Made by a program: the position numbers and the translations under genes | Shown: piece by piece, positions 9,953 to 19,126 of the stretch | Position numbering within the stretch: position 1 is the stretch's first letter | Layout: every line of letters begins with the position of its first letter | Source: Polyangiales bacterium | GTDB taxonomy: Bacteria > Myxococcota_A > Polyangia > Polyangiales > Polyangiaceae | Length of the DNA stretch: 64,000 nt | Assembly: GCA_038230375.1 (NCBI GenBank) | Contig: JBBRNJ010000011.1 | Location: 64,001 to 128,000, forward strand | Reading direction: 5' to 3' | The notes under the pieces: model-generated | The model's input: the letters and a program-made list of their open reading frames with translations, nothing else | Database searches by the model: none | Told to the model about the DNA's origin: nothing

Positions 9953-10184
9953 CGTGAGGGCTGGGGGATCGTTCGCGTCGCCCAATAGCGGGATTGAGCC
10001 GCCGCCACATCTTGAGTTCAGTGTTGCGTGTATTATGCATGTAATGCGCGCGAACGAGCTACGAAGAGAGCCACTTCAATTCTCGTTCGAGTTCGATGCT
10101 GGATGCCGCCAGTGTTTCGGCGTCAGCGGACCACCAACCCTGCTCACGACATCTAGAGAGGGTTTGTTCGGATGGCGCAATGCG

Positions 10185-10724
10185 TTAGTCGGCGGCCCAA
10201 ACCTGTCGGAAAGATATCCCGTTCAACTGCGCTGATCGGGCGCAAGGAATGGCTCTCAGTCCACGGGTGAGCTGTGTGACCTTGAAGATGGACGCGCTGG
10301 CGTGTGCCAAAGCTTCGAGCCGAAAAGCAGGCCGTTCGATGCGCAGGATCTTACCAGCCCCGTTCCGCAGCAATTGCGATCGCTCCTCATCGAGTACGTC
10401 GACCACACGCGTCACGTTGAAGGCGAAGAGCGGAGCCTCGCTCTCATCACGGAGTGGCAATACCTCACCGCTCTGCAGAAGCAGGTCGGATAGCGCGTCG
10501 ACTGCCCGCTGGCGGATGATCAGCATCTCCCCCCCAGAGCAAGATGGAAAGTCTGACGGCTCGCGGCGAGTGCCGCGTTCATCTACAAGAACTCGCCGCA
10601 TTGGTACGGACGACCACGACGTTGCTCGCGGCTGTCCGTCGAAGCGGAGCAGATCATAGTCTTCCGCGCGTACTGGCAGCACCCATTCAAAGCCTTCCGG
10701 CGCATCGATCGCGAAAACCTTCAC
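10185..10724 (-). CDS. Imm11/DUF1629-like polymorphic-toxin immunity protein (possibly with a C-terminal deletion)
   Basis: DG.PR..SW, PSDFP, IIRQRAVDALSDLL...GEVLPL, FNVTRVVDVLDEERS, IFK, G..F..VW; GTG start with AAAGGGA RBS; atypical codon use. Confidence 0.7.
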   Translation of the reverse strand: MKVFAIDAPEGFEWVLPVRAEDYDLLRFDGQPRATSWSSVPMRRVLVDERGTRREPSDFPSCSGGEMLIIRQRAVDALSDLLLQSGEVLPLRDESEAPLFAFNVTRVVDVLDEERSQLLRNGAGKILRIERPAFRLEALAHASASIFKVTQLTRGLRAIPCARSAQLNGISFRQVWAAD

Positions 10725-10900
10725 CGCGATCCCTTTCGTGCCCAGCCACTGCTGCGAAGGTCCAGGCAATGTCTCCGCGAAACGCATACACGTCCTCTTG
10801 GCTGGCCGCGGTGGCGAGAGCTGCGTTTCGAGAGTGTGCACCTCTCTGTGTAGACCCACCCCGGGTACGCGTCGTTCTCCGCGTAGTGAATGGGTGGTGA
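10721..10900 (-). pseudogene. Degraded AHH-type nuclease toxin C-terminus (multiple frameshifts)
   Basis: Fragments in successive frames: IHYAENDAYPG, GLHREVHT, NAALATAASQEDVYAF.GDIA, LRSSGW..stop; stop overlaps the Imm11 GTG. Confidence 0.5.
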
Positions 10901-10946
10901 TCCATCCGGAGGGACCAACTTCCGACGAACTTGGCACTCTCTGCGC

Positions 10947-11366
10947 TCAGTCTCCTGCGACGTGGACTACTAGCCTTCTCGTCTGGGGGGCTCGGCGGTG
11001 CTCTAGTAGGTAGAGGGCTTGCCATACGCCTAGCAGGAGGTCTCCGTCGCCTACGGGGATGGTCTCGCTCGTGCGCGTGACGAGCGCGCGTAGGTGGCCG
11101 GGCATGTCGTCGGGGCCTTCGTCGTCGTGCTCGTAGTGGGAGCCTTCCGGGAAGAGCTTCGCCAGCGCAGTCTCGATGTCTCGCTGCACCGCGGGCGCCG
11201 CGTTCTCCTGGATGCAGAGCGACGCGCTCGTGTGCTGCACGAAGACAGTCACCAGCCCCGCGTGCACCTGCGAGCGCAACACGATGTCACGCACGTTCCG
11301 GGTGATGTCGGTCATCCCCTTGCCATGCGTTGAAACGACGATCGTCTCCTGGTGAACGGTCCCCAT
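10947..11366 (-). CDS. yjbQ: YjbQ/UPF0047 family protein (secondary thiamine-phosphate synthase)
   Basis: FVQHTSASL.IQENA.P.V, YEHDDEGPDDMPGH, LLGVWQ..YL.EHR. Confidence 0.9.
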   Translation of the reverse strand: MGTVHQETIVVSTHGKGMTDITRNVRDIVLRSQVHAGLVTVFVQHTSASLCIQENAAPAVQRDIETALAKLFPEGSHYEHDDEGPDDMPGHLRALVTRTSETIPVGDGDLLLGVWQALYLLEHRRAPQTRRLVVHVAGD

Positions 11367-11370
11367 GCTG

Positions 11371-12975
11371 CTACCTGAGGAGCACCTTGAGGAGGGTCTC
11401 GAGCGTGCCGCCGTAGGGCGGGAAGAGGAGCGACGTCCCCGACAGGCGCGACTGGTAGAAGACGCCGCGCTTCTTGGAGAACGCGTCGAAGCCTTCCTTC
11501 GCGTGGTAGTGCCCCATGCCGCTCTGGCCGACGCCGCCGAACGGCAGATCATCCTGCGCCACGTGGAGCATGGTCTCGTTGACGGTCACGCCGCCGGACA
11601 AGGTCTCGTCGAGCACGCGCTCGATGCGGCGCTCGTCGTTGTCGAACGTGTAGAGGGCGAGGGGACGCGGCCTGTCGTTGATGTAATCGATCGCGGCGTC
11701 GATGCTCTCGTACGTGACGATGGGCAGGAGCGGTCCGAAGATCTCGTCCTGCATCACCGTCATGTCGTCCTTCGGATCCAGGACCAGGTACGGGTGCAGC
11801 TTGCGCGACTCTTCGGAGAGCTCCTCGCCGCCCGGGTCGAGCTTGACGAGCTTTGCGCCCTTCTCCTCTGCGTCCTTGATGTAGCCGGTGAGCCGCGCGT
11901 AGTGCTTCGGGCTGACGATGCTCGAGTAGTCGGCGTTCGCGCCGAGCTTCGGGTACATCGCCTTCGTTGCGTTCTTGCACTCCTCCACGAACGCATCCAC
12001 GCGGCCCTTCGGCAGGAGCACGTAGTCCGGCGCGACGCAGGTCTGGCCCGCGTTGAACAGCTTGCCCTGCATGATCTTCTTCGCTGCCGTGGCGAGCGAG
12101 AAGCTGGGCGAGACGAGCGCGGGTGACTTGCCGCCGAGCTCCAGCGTGACGGGCGTGAGGTTCTCGGCCGCGGCGCGCATCACCATCCGGCCCACGCTCG
12201 TGGACCCCGTGAAGACCAGGTGATCGAACGGGAGCTTCGAGAATGCGACGCCCTCCTCGATGCCGCCCGTGACGACATGGACGTGGTTCTCGTCGAAGGT
12301 CTCCTTCATCATCTTCGCGAGCAGCTCACTCGTTGCGGGGACGAGCTCGCTCGGCTTGAGCATGGCGCGATTGCCCGCGGCCAGTGCCTGCGCGAGCGGC
12401 GCAATGGCCAGCTGCACGGGGTAGTTCCACGGCGAGATGATGCCGATGACGCCAAGGGGCTGCGTGCGCAGCTCCGCGCGCCCGGGCAGGAACGTGAGCG
12501 CAACGTCGCGCGACTCGGACTCCATCCACGACGCGAGATGCGCACGCGTGTGCTTGATCGCGCCGAGCGTGACGAAGATGTCCGCGACCAGGGTCTCGTG
12601 CGAAGAGCGGCTGCCGAAGTCCTTCGAGATGGCCTTCGCCAGGTCGTCCTTCTTCGCGAGCAGCACGTCCGCCAGCTTGTCCAGGTTGCGCACACGCGCG
12701 TCGTAGTCGGGGATGCCACCCTTGCGCTGCGCCGCCTTCATCTTCGCGAGCCGCGCGCGGAGGTCCGCCTCGACGCTCTCGGCCGTCTTAGGCGCGCTCG
12801 CCGCCTCGACCTTGGCCTCTGCCTTGGCCTCGCCCTTCGCCTCTGCCTTGGCCTCGCCCTTCACCTCTGCCTTGGCCTCTGCCTTCGCCTCTGCGCTGGC
12901 CTCGCCCTCCGCCGTGTTCTCGGCGGCTGCGTCCTTGGTGCTGGTCTTCTGCGTGTGGGGGTCCGCCTGGGTCAT
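11371..12975 (-). CDS. Aldehyde dehydrogenase, coniferyl-aldehyde (CalB)-like
   Basis: PWNYP, LKPSE, FTGST.VG, TLELGGKSP, FNAGQTCVAPDY, EIFGP, PFGGVG.SGMG.YH. Confidence 0.9.
   Translation of the reverse strand: MTQADPHTQKTSTKDAAAENTAEGEASAEAKAEAKAEVKGEAKAEAKGEAKAEAKVEAASAPKTAESVEADLRARLAKMKAAQRKGGIPDYDARVRNLDKLADVLLAKKDDLAKAISKDFGSRSSHETLVADIFVTLGAIKHTRAHLASWMESESRDVALTFLPGRAELRTQPLGVIGIISPWNYPVQLAIAPLAQALAAGNRAMLKPSELVPATSELLAKMMKETFDENHVHVVTGGIEEGVAFSKLPFDHLVFTGSTSVGRMVMRAAAENLTPVTLELGGKSPALVSPSFSLATAAKKIMQGKLFNAGQTCVAPDYVLLPKGRVDAFVEECKNATKAMYPKLGANADYSSIVSPKHYARLTGYIKDAEEKGAKLVKLDPGGEELSEESRKLHPYLVLDPKDDMTVMQDEIFGPLLPIVTYESIDAAIDYINDRPRPLALYTFDNDERRIERVLDETLSGGVTVNETMLHVAQDDLPFGGVGQSGMGHYHAKEGFDAFSKKRGVFYQSRLSGTSLLFPPYGGTLETLLKVLLR
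12800..12910 (-). repeat. 12-nt coding repeats encoding an (EAKA/EAKG)n N-terminal extension
   Basis: Repeated CTCTGCCTTGGC/CTCGCCCTTCGC units; protein EAKAEAKAEVKGEAKAEAKGEAKAEAK. Confidence 0.8.
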
Positions 12976-13108
12976 GTCCGGCCTCGTCGTTTTTTCGGGT
13001 GTGAAATCCCGCTTAGAAAGTAACGTAGTCCTTGTAGGTCCGTGTGCAAACCCTACAGATTGTCGGCGCGAGGGCGCGGTCACCCCTCTACGAAAAGGCT
13101 TGGCTTCC

Positions 13109-14677
13109 ATGTGGACACGCGGCTGGCGTGACGGTGTTTGGCAGAACCTGGGCGAGTCGTGGGACGTCGTCATCATCGGCGGTGGCATCACCGGCGCCGG
13201 GATCCTGGGTGAGGCGGTCCGAAACGGGCACCGCGCCGTGCTGGTGGAGGCGAACGACTTCGCGTCGGGCACCTCCAGCCGGTCGACCAAGCTCGTTCAC
13301 GGCGGTCTGCGCTACCTGCGGCAGGGGCAGTTCCTTGTCACGAAGAAGAGCGTGCGCGAGCGCGAGCGTCTGCTCTCCGAGAGCGACGGCCTGGTGTCGG
13401 AGCTCGCCTTCTCTCTTGCTGCGTTCCCCGGCGACCAGATGCCGCGCTGGATGTACGGCATGGGCCTCTTCATGTACGACGCGCTCGCGTGGAAGTGGAA
13501 CCACCAGAAGCAGACACTGGACGAGCTCTTCACCAAGTTCCCCATGCTGAAGGGCTCCGACGTCACGGGTGGCTACCGCTACTTCGATGCGCAGACGGAT
13601 GACACGCGTCTCACGCTCCGCGTCCTTCGCGAGGCGGTCACGCGCGGCGGTGTCGCGCTCAACTACGCCAAGGCGGACGAGCTCCTCCGCGATCAATCGG
13701 GGCAGGTCGTTGGCGTGCGCGTCACGGATCGCGCGCCTGGTGCCTCCCGCACCACGGAGGTGCGCGGCAAGGTCGTCATCAATGCCACGGGCGCGTGGGC
13801 GGACGACCTCCGGCGGAAGCTCGGCGAGGAGCCGAAGATGCGGAAGATCCGCGGCTCGCACATCACCTTCAAACACTCGCGCATCCCGATCCCGGAGGCC
13901 GTCTCGCTGCTCCACCCGAAGGACGCGCGCGCCGTGTTCGCCGTGCCGTGGGAAGGCGTCACCATCATGGGCACGACGGACAAGGATCATCCGGAGAGCC
14001 TGGACGTGGAGCCGCGCATCTCCGACGAAGAGGTGGACTACCTGATGGAGTGCGCGCAGCGCGCGTTTCCGTCACTCGAGCTCTCGCACACGGACGTCAT
14101 CGGCAGCTTCGCCGGCGTCCGCCCCACCATCAACACGGGGAAGAAAGATCCGTCGAAGGAGTCACGCGAGCACGCCATCTGGCGTGAAAAGGGCCTCGTC
14201 ACGATCGCTGGTGGCAAGCTCACGACCTTCGCAGTCATGGCGCGTGATGCGCTCGAGGCCGTGGAGGACGTGCTCGGTCCGCTGAAGGAGCGCTCACGCG
14301 TGATCGAGTCGTCGGGAGAGGTCCTTGCGTGGCCGTCACAGCTGACGGACGTGGACAAGGCGCGGCTGCTAGGCCGCCACGGCGCTGACATCAACGAGGT
14401 GCTCGCCGACCCGAAGCTCGCGACGTCCATCGCAGGTTCGTGGGTCTACGAGGCCGAGATCGCCTACGCCGCGAAGAGCGAAGGCGTGGTGCGGCTCGAG
14501 GACCTCCTCTTGCGACGTGCGCGGCTCGGCCTCCTGGTCCCTGGCGGCGGCCAGGTCGAGATGAAGCGCATTCGCGAGATCGCGCAGCCGCTGCTCGGCT
14601 GGTCGGACGAGGTCTGGGCAGCCGAGGAGAAGGCGTACGCGAAGACCTGGGGCTTCGCGTATGCAGGCAAGGGCTGA
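13109..14677 (+). CDS. glpD: FAD-dependent glycerol-3-phosphate dehydrogenase/oxidase
   Basis: DVVIIGGGITGAG, DFASGTSSRSTKLVHGGLRYL, VINATGAW, GTTD, FAGVRP, GGKLTT. Confidence 0.9.
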   Translation: MWTRGWRDGVWQNLGESWDVVIIGGGITGAGILGEAVRNGHRAVLVEANDFASGTSSRSTKLVHGGLRYLRQGQFLVTKKSVRERERLLSESDGLVSELAFSLAAFPGDQMPRWMYGMGLFMYDALAWKWNHQKQTLDELFTKFPMLKGSDVTGGYRYFDAQTDDTRLTLRVLREAVTRGGVALNYAKADELLRDQSGQVVGVRVTDRAPGASRTTEVRGKVVINATGAWADDLRRKLGEEPKMRKIRGSHITFKHSRIPIPEAVSLLHPKDARAVFAVPWEGVTIMGTTDKDHPESLDVEPRISDEEVDYLMECAQRAFPSLELSHTDVIGSFAGVRPTINTGKKDPSKESREHAIWREKGLVTIAGGKLTTFAVMARDALEAVEDVLGPLKERSRVIESSGEVLAWPSQLTDVDKARLLGRHGADINEVLADPKLATSIAGSWVYEAEIAYAAKSEGVVRLEDLLLRRARLGLLVPGGGQVEMKRIREIAQPLLGWSDEVWAAEEKAYAKTWGFAYAGKG

Positions 14678-14722
14678 CGGCCCTGGCGTCGCGGGCTTGC
14701 ATCCGTTATAACGGACAAGCCC

Positions 14723-15427
14723 ATGTCGTTGAACAAGACCCCGGAGAAGCGCGGCAAGAAGCGCGCACCGCCGCCGCCGCCAGTGATTGCGCAGGCGGTG
14801 ATTGCGCCGCCAGTGGTCGCGCCCGAACCCAGCGAGGCTGCGCCGGCCACGCCGGAACTGGGGACGGATCTCGCGCCCGTGGTCGGACACAACCTGCGCG
14901 AGCTGCGCGTGAAGCGCGGGCTCTCGCTCGAGAAGCTCTCCCAGAAATCGGGAGTGAGCCGGGCGATGCTGGGGCAGATCGAGCTCGGTCAGAGCGCGCC
15001 CACGATCAACGTCCTCTGGAAGGTCGCGCGCGCCCTCGACGTCACGTTCTCCACGCTCATCGTCGCCAAGGATGGCGGCGCGACCACGCTCCTGCGCGCG
15101 AAGGAGGCGAAGATCCTAACGTCACTCGACGGCACCTTCAAGTCCCGCGCGCTCTTCCCGTGGGATGGCCCGCGCCGGACCGAGTTCTACGAGCTCCGGC
15201 TCGCCGCACGCTCCGAGGAGCGCGCTGACGCACACGCGGCCGGCACTGTGGAGCACCTCATCGTCACGCAAGGCTCGCTGGACCTCAGCGTCGGTCGCGA
15301 GCAGCACCAGCTGGAGAGCGGCGACGCGATCGTCTTCGAGGCCGACCTCCCGCACGTCTACAAGAACACGAGCGGCAAGGAGTGCGTCATGTACCTCGTG
15401 ATGACCTACGCCGCCGCAAACGGCTGA
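14723..15427 (+). CDS. XRE-family HTH plus cupin transcriptional regulator (SutR/PuuR-like)
   Basis: LRELRVKRGLSLEKLSQKSGVSRAMLGQIE.G.S.PT; cupin H..G..E, GDAIVF.AD.PH.Y.N. Confidence 0.9.
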   Translation: MSLNKTPEKRGKKRAPPPPPVIAQAVIAPPVVAPEPSEAAPATPELGTDLAPVVGHNLRELRVKRGLSLEKLSQKSGVSRAMLGQIELGQSAPTINVLWKVARALDVTFSTLIVAKDGGATTLLRAKEAKILTSLDGTFKSRALFPWDGPRRTEFYELRLAARSEERADAHAAGTVEHLIVTQGSLDLSVGREQHQLESGDAIVFEADLPHVYKNTSGKECVMYLVMTYAAANG

Positions 15428-15472
15428 CCCGCGCCGGCGTCTCTGCCCGAGCGTACTGGCACGCGCCCGTGC

Positions 15473-16159
15473 TCAGGGTTTCTTTTTTGGTGGCGAGACG
15501 ACCGCGAACTCCTTCGTGTGCTTTCGCTTCGGGATTCCGCTCGTGGGGAATGACGCGGAGGGCGTCATGACCTTCGACTGCGAGAGTGGCTCGGGAAGCC
15601 GCAGGGATTGCGGCGGCGCGCCTTCGGCGACGGGTGGCCGCACGGTCCGTCTGGGCACGGGCACCGTCACGCGGAAGGTGGTGCCGGTGAGTTCGTCGGT
15701 CTCGAGCGACAGCGTGCCGCCGAACGAGCCAAGGATCTTCTGGCAGACCGGCATCCCGAAGTGCTCCCACCGAACGCTGCGCTCGACTCCGCCGGGCGGC
15801 GTGGAAGCGGCACCGGTTCCACGCGGTGGCGGAGGCGCGCTCGCGCGAACGAGGACGACTGCGTGGTCGGCCCCTCCGTGCGTCGACAGCATCACGCGCC
15901 CAAGCTCGGCGTCGAGGCGCCTGGCGACATCCTCTGCGTTGAGCAGGATGTTCACCATGACCTGGAAGAAGTCGCCGCGCGGGGCAGCGACCTGCGCCAT
16001 GGGCCCGAAGTCAGTCTGGATCGGCTGCTTCGCGTGCAGGTCGTCGCGCACGCGGCTGACGGCCTGCTCACAGACGGCATGGAGGTCGAGGCCGCTCGCG
16101 GCATCGCCTTCATCGTCGAAGAGATCGTCACCGTGGAGCGGTGGCGGCGTCAGCCCCAT
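15473..16159 (-). CDS. Stand-alone degenerate histidine-kinase HATPase-like domain protein
   Basis: N-box QVMVNILLNA and GM.VC..I...FGG.L.L...GTTFRVTVP; no H-box and no DxGxG. Confidence 0.6.
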   Translation of the reverse strand: MGLTPPPLHGDDLFDDEGDAASGLDLHAVCEQAVSRVRDDLHAKQPIQTDFGPMAQVAAPRGDFFQVMVNILLNAEDVARRLDAELGRVMLSTHGGADHAVVLVRASAPPPPRGTGAASTPPGGVERSVRWEHFGMPVCQKILGSFGGTLSLETDELTGTTFRVTVPVPRRTVRPPVAEGAPPQSLRLPEPLSQSKVMTPSASFPTSGIPKRKHTKEFAVVSPPKKKP

Positions 16160-16206
16160 TTCCGTGCATACCTCCAGTGTGACAGACTAACCGGCCTCCC
16201 ACCGAG

Positions 16207-16698
16207 GTGCCAAAAAACGTGGAAAAGAAGCACCGCACCAGGGTTGATCCTCGTCTTTCGGGCGCGAAGATCGTGGCGGCGGCGCTTGCGCTCATCGATG
16301 CGCGCGGCCTCTCGGCGTTCAGCATGCGGGCACTGGGCACCGCGCTGGGTACGTCCGCGATGGCGCTCTACTTCCACTTTCCGAACAAGACGGAGCTTCT
16401 CGCTGCGGTCGGCCGCGCGCTCGTCGCCTCTTCGCCCGCGCTCGCGGCGGTGCCCGGCGACGATCCGCGCGCGATGGCGAAGGCGATCCTGGCCCAGCTC
16501 CGTGCGCTCTTCGTCTTGCACCCGAACGCCTACGCCCTGGTGCGCGCTGAGCTGCCTCGTTCGGCGTTCGCGTCGCCGGAGCGCGTGTGGCCGGGGCTCT
16601 CGCCGGCACGAGCCCACCTGCTTCGCGTGATGCTCGTGGCCGCCGCGACGGAGTCGCCCGCACTCGAGGTCGAGCTGCTCACGCTGTTCTTCGGGTGA
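16207..16698 (+). CDS. TetR-family regulator
   Basis: IVAAALALID..GL..FSMR.LG..LGTS.MALY.HFPNK..LL. Confidence 0.85.
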   Translation: MPKNVEKKHRTRVDPRLSGAKIVAAALALIDARGLSAFSMRALGTALGTSAMALYFHFPNKTELLAAVGRALVASSPALAAVPGDDPRAMAKAILAQLRALFVLHPNAYALVRAELPRSAFASPERVWPGLSPARAHLLRVMLVAAATESPALEVELLTLFFG

Positions 16699-16729
16699 TG
16701 CGTCCACGATATCGCTATAATCGCCGCTC

Positions 16730-17671
16730 GTGATCGCAGCCACAGGACACATCGTGACGCTGGACGGCTTCTTCGACGGCGCCCGCGCGCTCCGCCGAGA
16801 GCTGGACGTGCGCCTGTCGGACGCGCGCGATCCATTCGACCCCTCGCGCTTCGCATGGGAGGCGTGGCACATCGACGGTCAGTTCTCGCAGCAGAGGACG
16901 CCCGCGCGGGTGTTCTTCAGCGCGCGCGCCTACGCGCCGTTCGAGCGTCGGCTCCTGTCGTGGGCCGGTCTCGCGCTTGGCCTGTCCGCGCTCGGCGCGC
17001 CACCATGGCTCTCCAGCCTCACGGATGGCGGGTTCCAGGCCCTTCATCGCGACTCTCCGAACGGCGAGTTCGCGTTCAGCTTTGGTCTATCGCGCGGCAC
17101 GGGCTTCCGCGGTGGCGAAACGCAGATCGCGACGTTCGACCTGCTCGACTACTTCCGCAGCCGCTCCCACACAAGCGAGCGCGCGACGTCGCCGCTGTTC
17201 CACGAGGTCGTCCCGCGCTGGAACCGGCTCGTCGCGTTCGACGCGCGTCTGCCACACGCGGTTCGGATGGTGGAGGGGCCGCGGCACGTGCGAGATGGTC
17301 GCGTCGCCATCCAGGGGTGGCTCGTCGCCAACGGCTGCGTTGCGCGCACGGGGCCCGATGTCACGGAGCTCGCGTCGGACGTGGTGAAGCAAGTGGACCG
17401 CCGCCTGGGCCGCCGCGCGCGTGGTGCCGCTGGGCTCCTCTCCGTGCGGGTGCACGAGAAGAGAGCGCGCGTCGTCTGCGACACACTGGTGGAGACAGGC
17501 CCACGTCCAGTCACCGCGTCGCTTCGGGACGCGCTCACCGCGGCGCTGGCACGCGCGCCCTTTCCAAAGGGCACGGATGTCGTCGTGCCCATCGTGGTCG
17601 GTGAGCGTGGGGCCTCCGTGCCGAGCACGCGAACGCGCGGCATTGCCGCTGGAGCGGTGGCCGCACCATGA
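16730..17671 (+). CDS. 2OG-Fe(II) oxygenase superfamily protein
   Basis: HxD (LHRD), GGET, PRWNRLV.FD...PHAV, R..IQGW. Confidence 0.78.
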   Translation: MIAATGHIVTLDGFFDGARALRRELDVRLSDARDPFDPSRFAWEAWHIDGQFSQQRTPARVFFSARAYAPFERRLLSWAGLALGLSALGAPPWLSSLTDGGFQALHRDSPNGEFAFSFGLSRGTGFRGGETQIATFDLLDYFRSRSHTSERATSPLFHEVVPRWNRLVAFDARLPHAVRMVEGPRHVRDGRVAIQGWLVANGCVARTGPDVTELASDVVKQVDRRLGRRARGAAGLLSVRVHEKRARVVCDTLVETGPRPVTASLRDALTAALARAPFPKGTDVVVPIVVGERGASVPSTRTRGIAAGAVAAP

Positions 17672-19110
17672 GCGAGGCATTCTGGGAGCGCGCGTTCCAG
17701 AGGTCGGGCGAGGCCATCCTGGCGCTCGACGGCGACGGGACCATCATGGAGCTGAACGACGCATTCCTGGCGATGTTCGGTGGAACCCGAACGGACTACG
17801 TCGGAAAGTGCTCCGCCGCGATCGTTCCGAAAGATGACGGCACGTGGGCGCAGCTCAAAGCGGATGGGCGCGTGCGTCGCGTGGTCACAACGACTACCGC
17901 GCGCGGTGACGATCTCGTGGCGGAGATCAGCGGAACCATGATCGAGCCCGCACGTGCGCTCCTCTTCGTTCGCGACGTCACGGAGCGTACGGTCCGCGAG
18001 CTGTCGGCTCAGCGCTACCAGTTGCTGTCGCGGTACGCGAAGGACATCGTGCTGTTCCTCGGGCGCGATGGCCGCATCGTCGAGGCGAACGAAGCCGCGA
18101 TCTACGCGTACGGGTACGGTCGTGATGCGCTCCTTGCGCTGCGGGTCCACGACCTGCGCGATCCGACCACCATCCACAACGTGGACACGCTGCTCGCCGA
18201 GGCATTCGAGGCGGGCGCGCGCTTCACCACCACACACAAGCGGAAGGACGGGACCACGTTCCCCGTCGAGGTGAGCTCACGAAGCGCCGTGATCGGTGGG
18301 CAGTGGATGCTGCTGAGCATCATCCGCGACATCACGGACCAGACGGAGCTGCACGCGCAGCTCGTCCAGGCGGACCGGCTCTCCGCGTTCGGACTGATGG
18401 CCGCGGGCATCGCGCACGAGATCAACAATCCGCTCGCCTATGCCATGACGAACGGCGAGCTCCTGCAACGCACCATGGACCGCGTGAAGATCGAGCTCGC
18501 GGGCGCCACCCCCGAGACCGCGCAGACCGTCGTCACGCGCGCGCTTGGCATGCTGCGCGAGCGCGAGCAGTCGCTCGAGACCATGCGCGAGGGGCTGGCT
18601 CGGGTGCGAACCATCGTACGCGATCTCTCCACTTTCACGCGCGACGACAAGGCACCCCAGTTCGTGGACGTTCGCGCCGTTCTGGAGTCGACGGTGCGCC
18701 TCTCCCACGGCGAGCTGGAGCACCGCGTGCGCGTCGTGCGCGACTACGACAATGTCCCGCACGTGGTCGGCCATGCAGCGCGCCTCGGGCAGGTCTTCCT
18801 GAACCTGGTGATCAACGCAGCGCAGGCAGCCGAGGACGGCGGCACGATCGAGATCCGCGCGGAGTCCACCGATGATGCCGTCATGGTCGACGTGAAGGAC
18901 GACGGCCCTGGCATTGATGCCGCCCTTCGCGAGCGCATCTTCCAGCCGTTCTTCACGACCAAGGCTGCGGGGAAGGGAACAGGCCTCGGGCTCTACATCT
19001 CGCGCACGCTGGTCACGGAGATGGGCGGCACCATCACGGCACTGCCCTCCACACCCCGCGGGACCATCATGCGGGTGACGCTACCCCGCGCCCGCGCCGG
19101 GCATCCATGA
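17668..19110 (+). CDS. PAS-PAS sensor histidine kinase
   Basis: Two PAS domains; H-box GIAHEINNPL; QVFLNLVINA, DDGPG, PFFTTK, GTGLGL. Confidence 0.92.
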   Translation: MSEAFWERAFQRSGEAILALDGDGTIMELNDAFLAMFGGTRTDYVGKCSAAIVPKDDGTWAQLKADGRVRRVVTTTTARGDDLVAEISGTMIEPARALLFVRDVTERTVRELSAQRYQLLSRYAKDIVLFLGRDGRIVEANEAAIYAYGYGRDALLALRVHDLRDPTTIHNVDTLLAEAFEAGARFTTTHKRKDGTTFPVEVSSRSAVIGGQWMLLSIIRDITDQTELHAQLVQADRLSAFGLMAAGIAHEINNPLAYAMTNGELLQRTMDRVKIELAGATPETAQTVVTRALGMLREREQSLETMREGLARVRTIVRDLSTFTRDDKAPQFVDVRAVLESTVRLSHGELEHRVRVVRDYDNVPHVVGHAARLGQVFLNLVINAAQAAEDGGTIEIRAESTDDAVMVDVKDDGPGIDAALRERIFQPFFTTKAAGKGTGLGLYISRTLVTEMGGTITALPSTPRGTIMRVTLPRARAGHP

Positions 19111-19126
19111 CGGGACGACGCAACCC

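Noticed and set aside
10020..10055. dif site
   Set aside because: One arm loosely resembles an XerC arm but there is no XerD-type TTATGTTAAAT arm
10100..10195. Integron attC site after the Imm11 stop (..CTAAC)
   Set aside because: No complementary GTTRRRY end or convincing hairpin, and no integrase in the window
10947..11070. Diversity-generating retroelement variable region
   Set aside because: Changes appear synonymous; no template repeat or reverse transcriptase in the window
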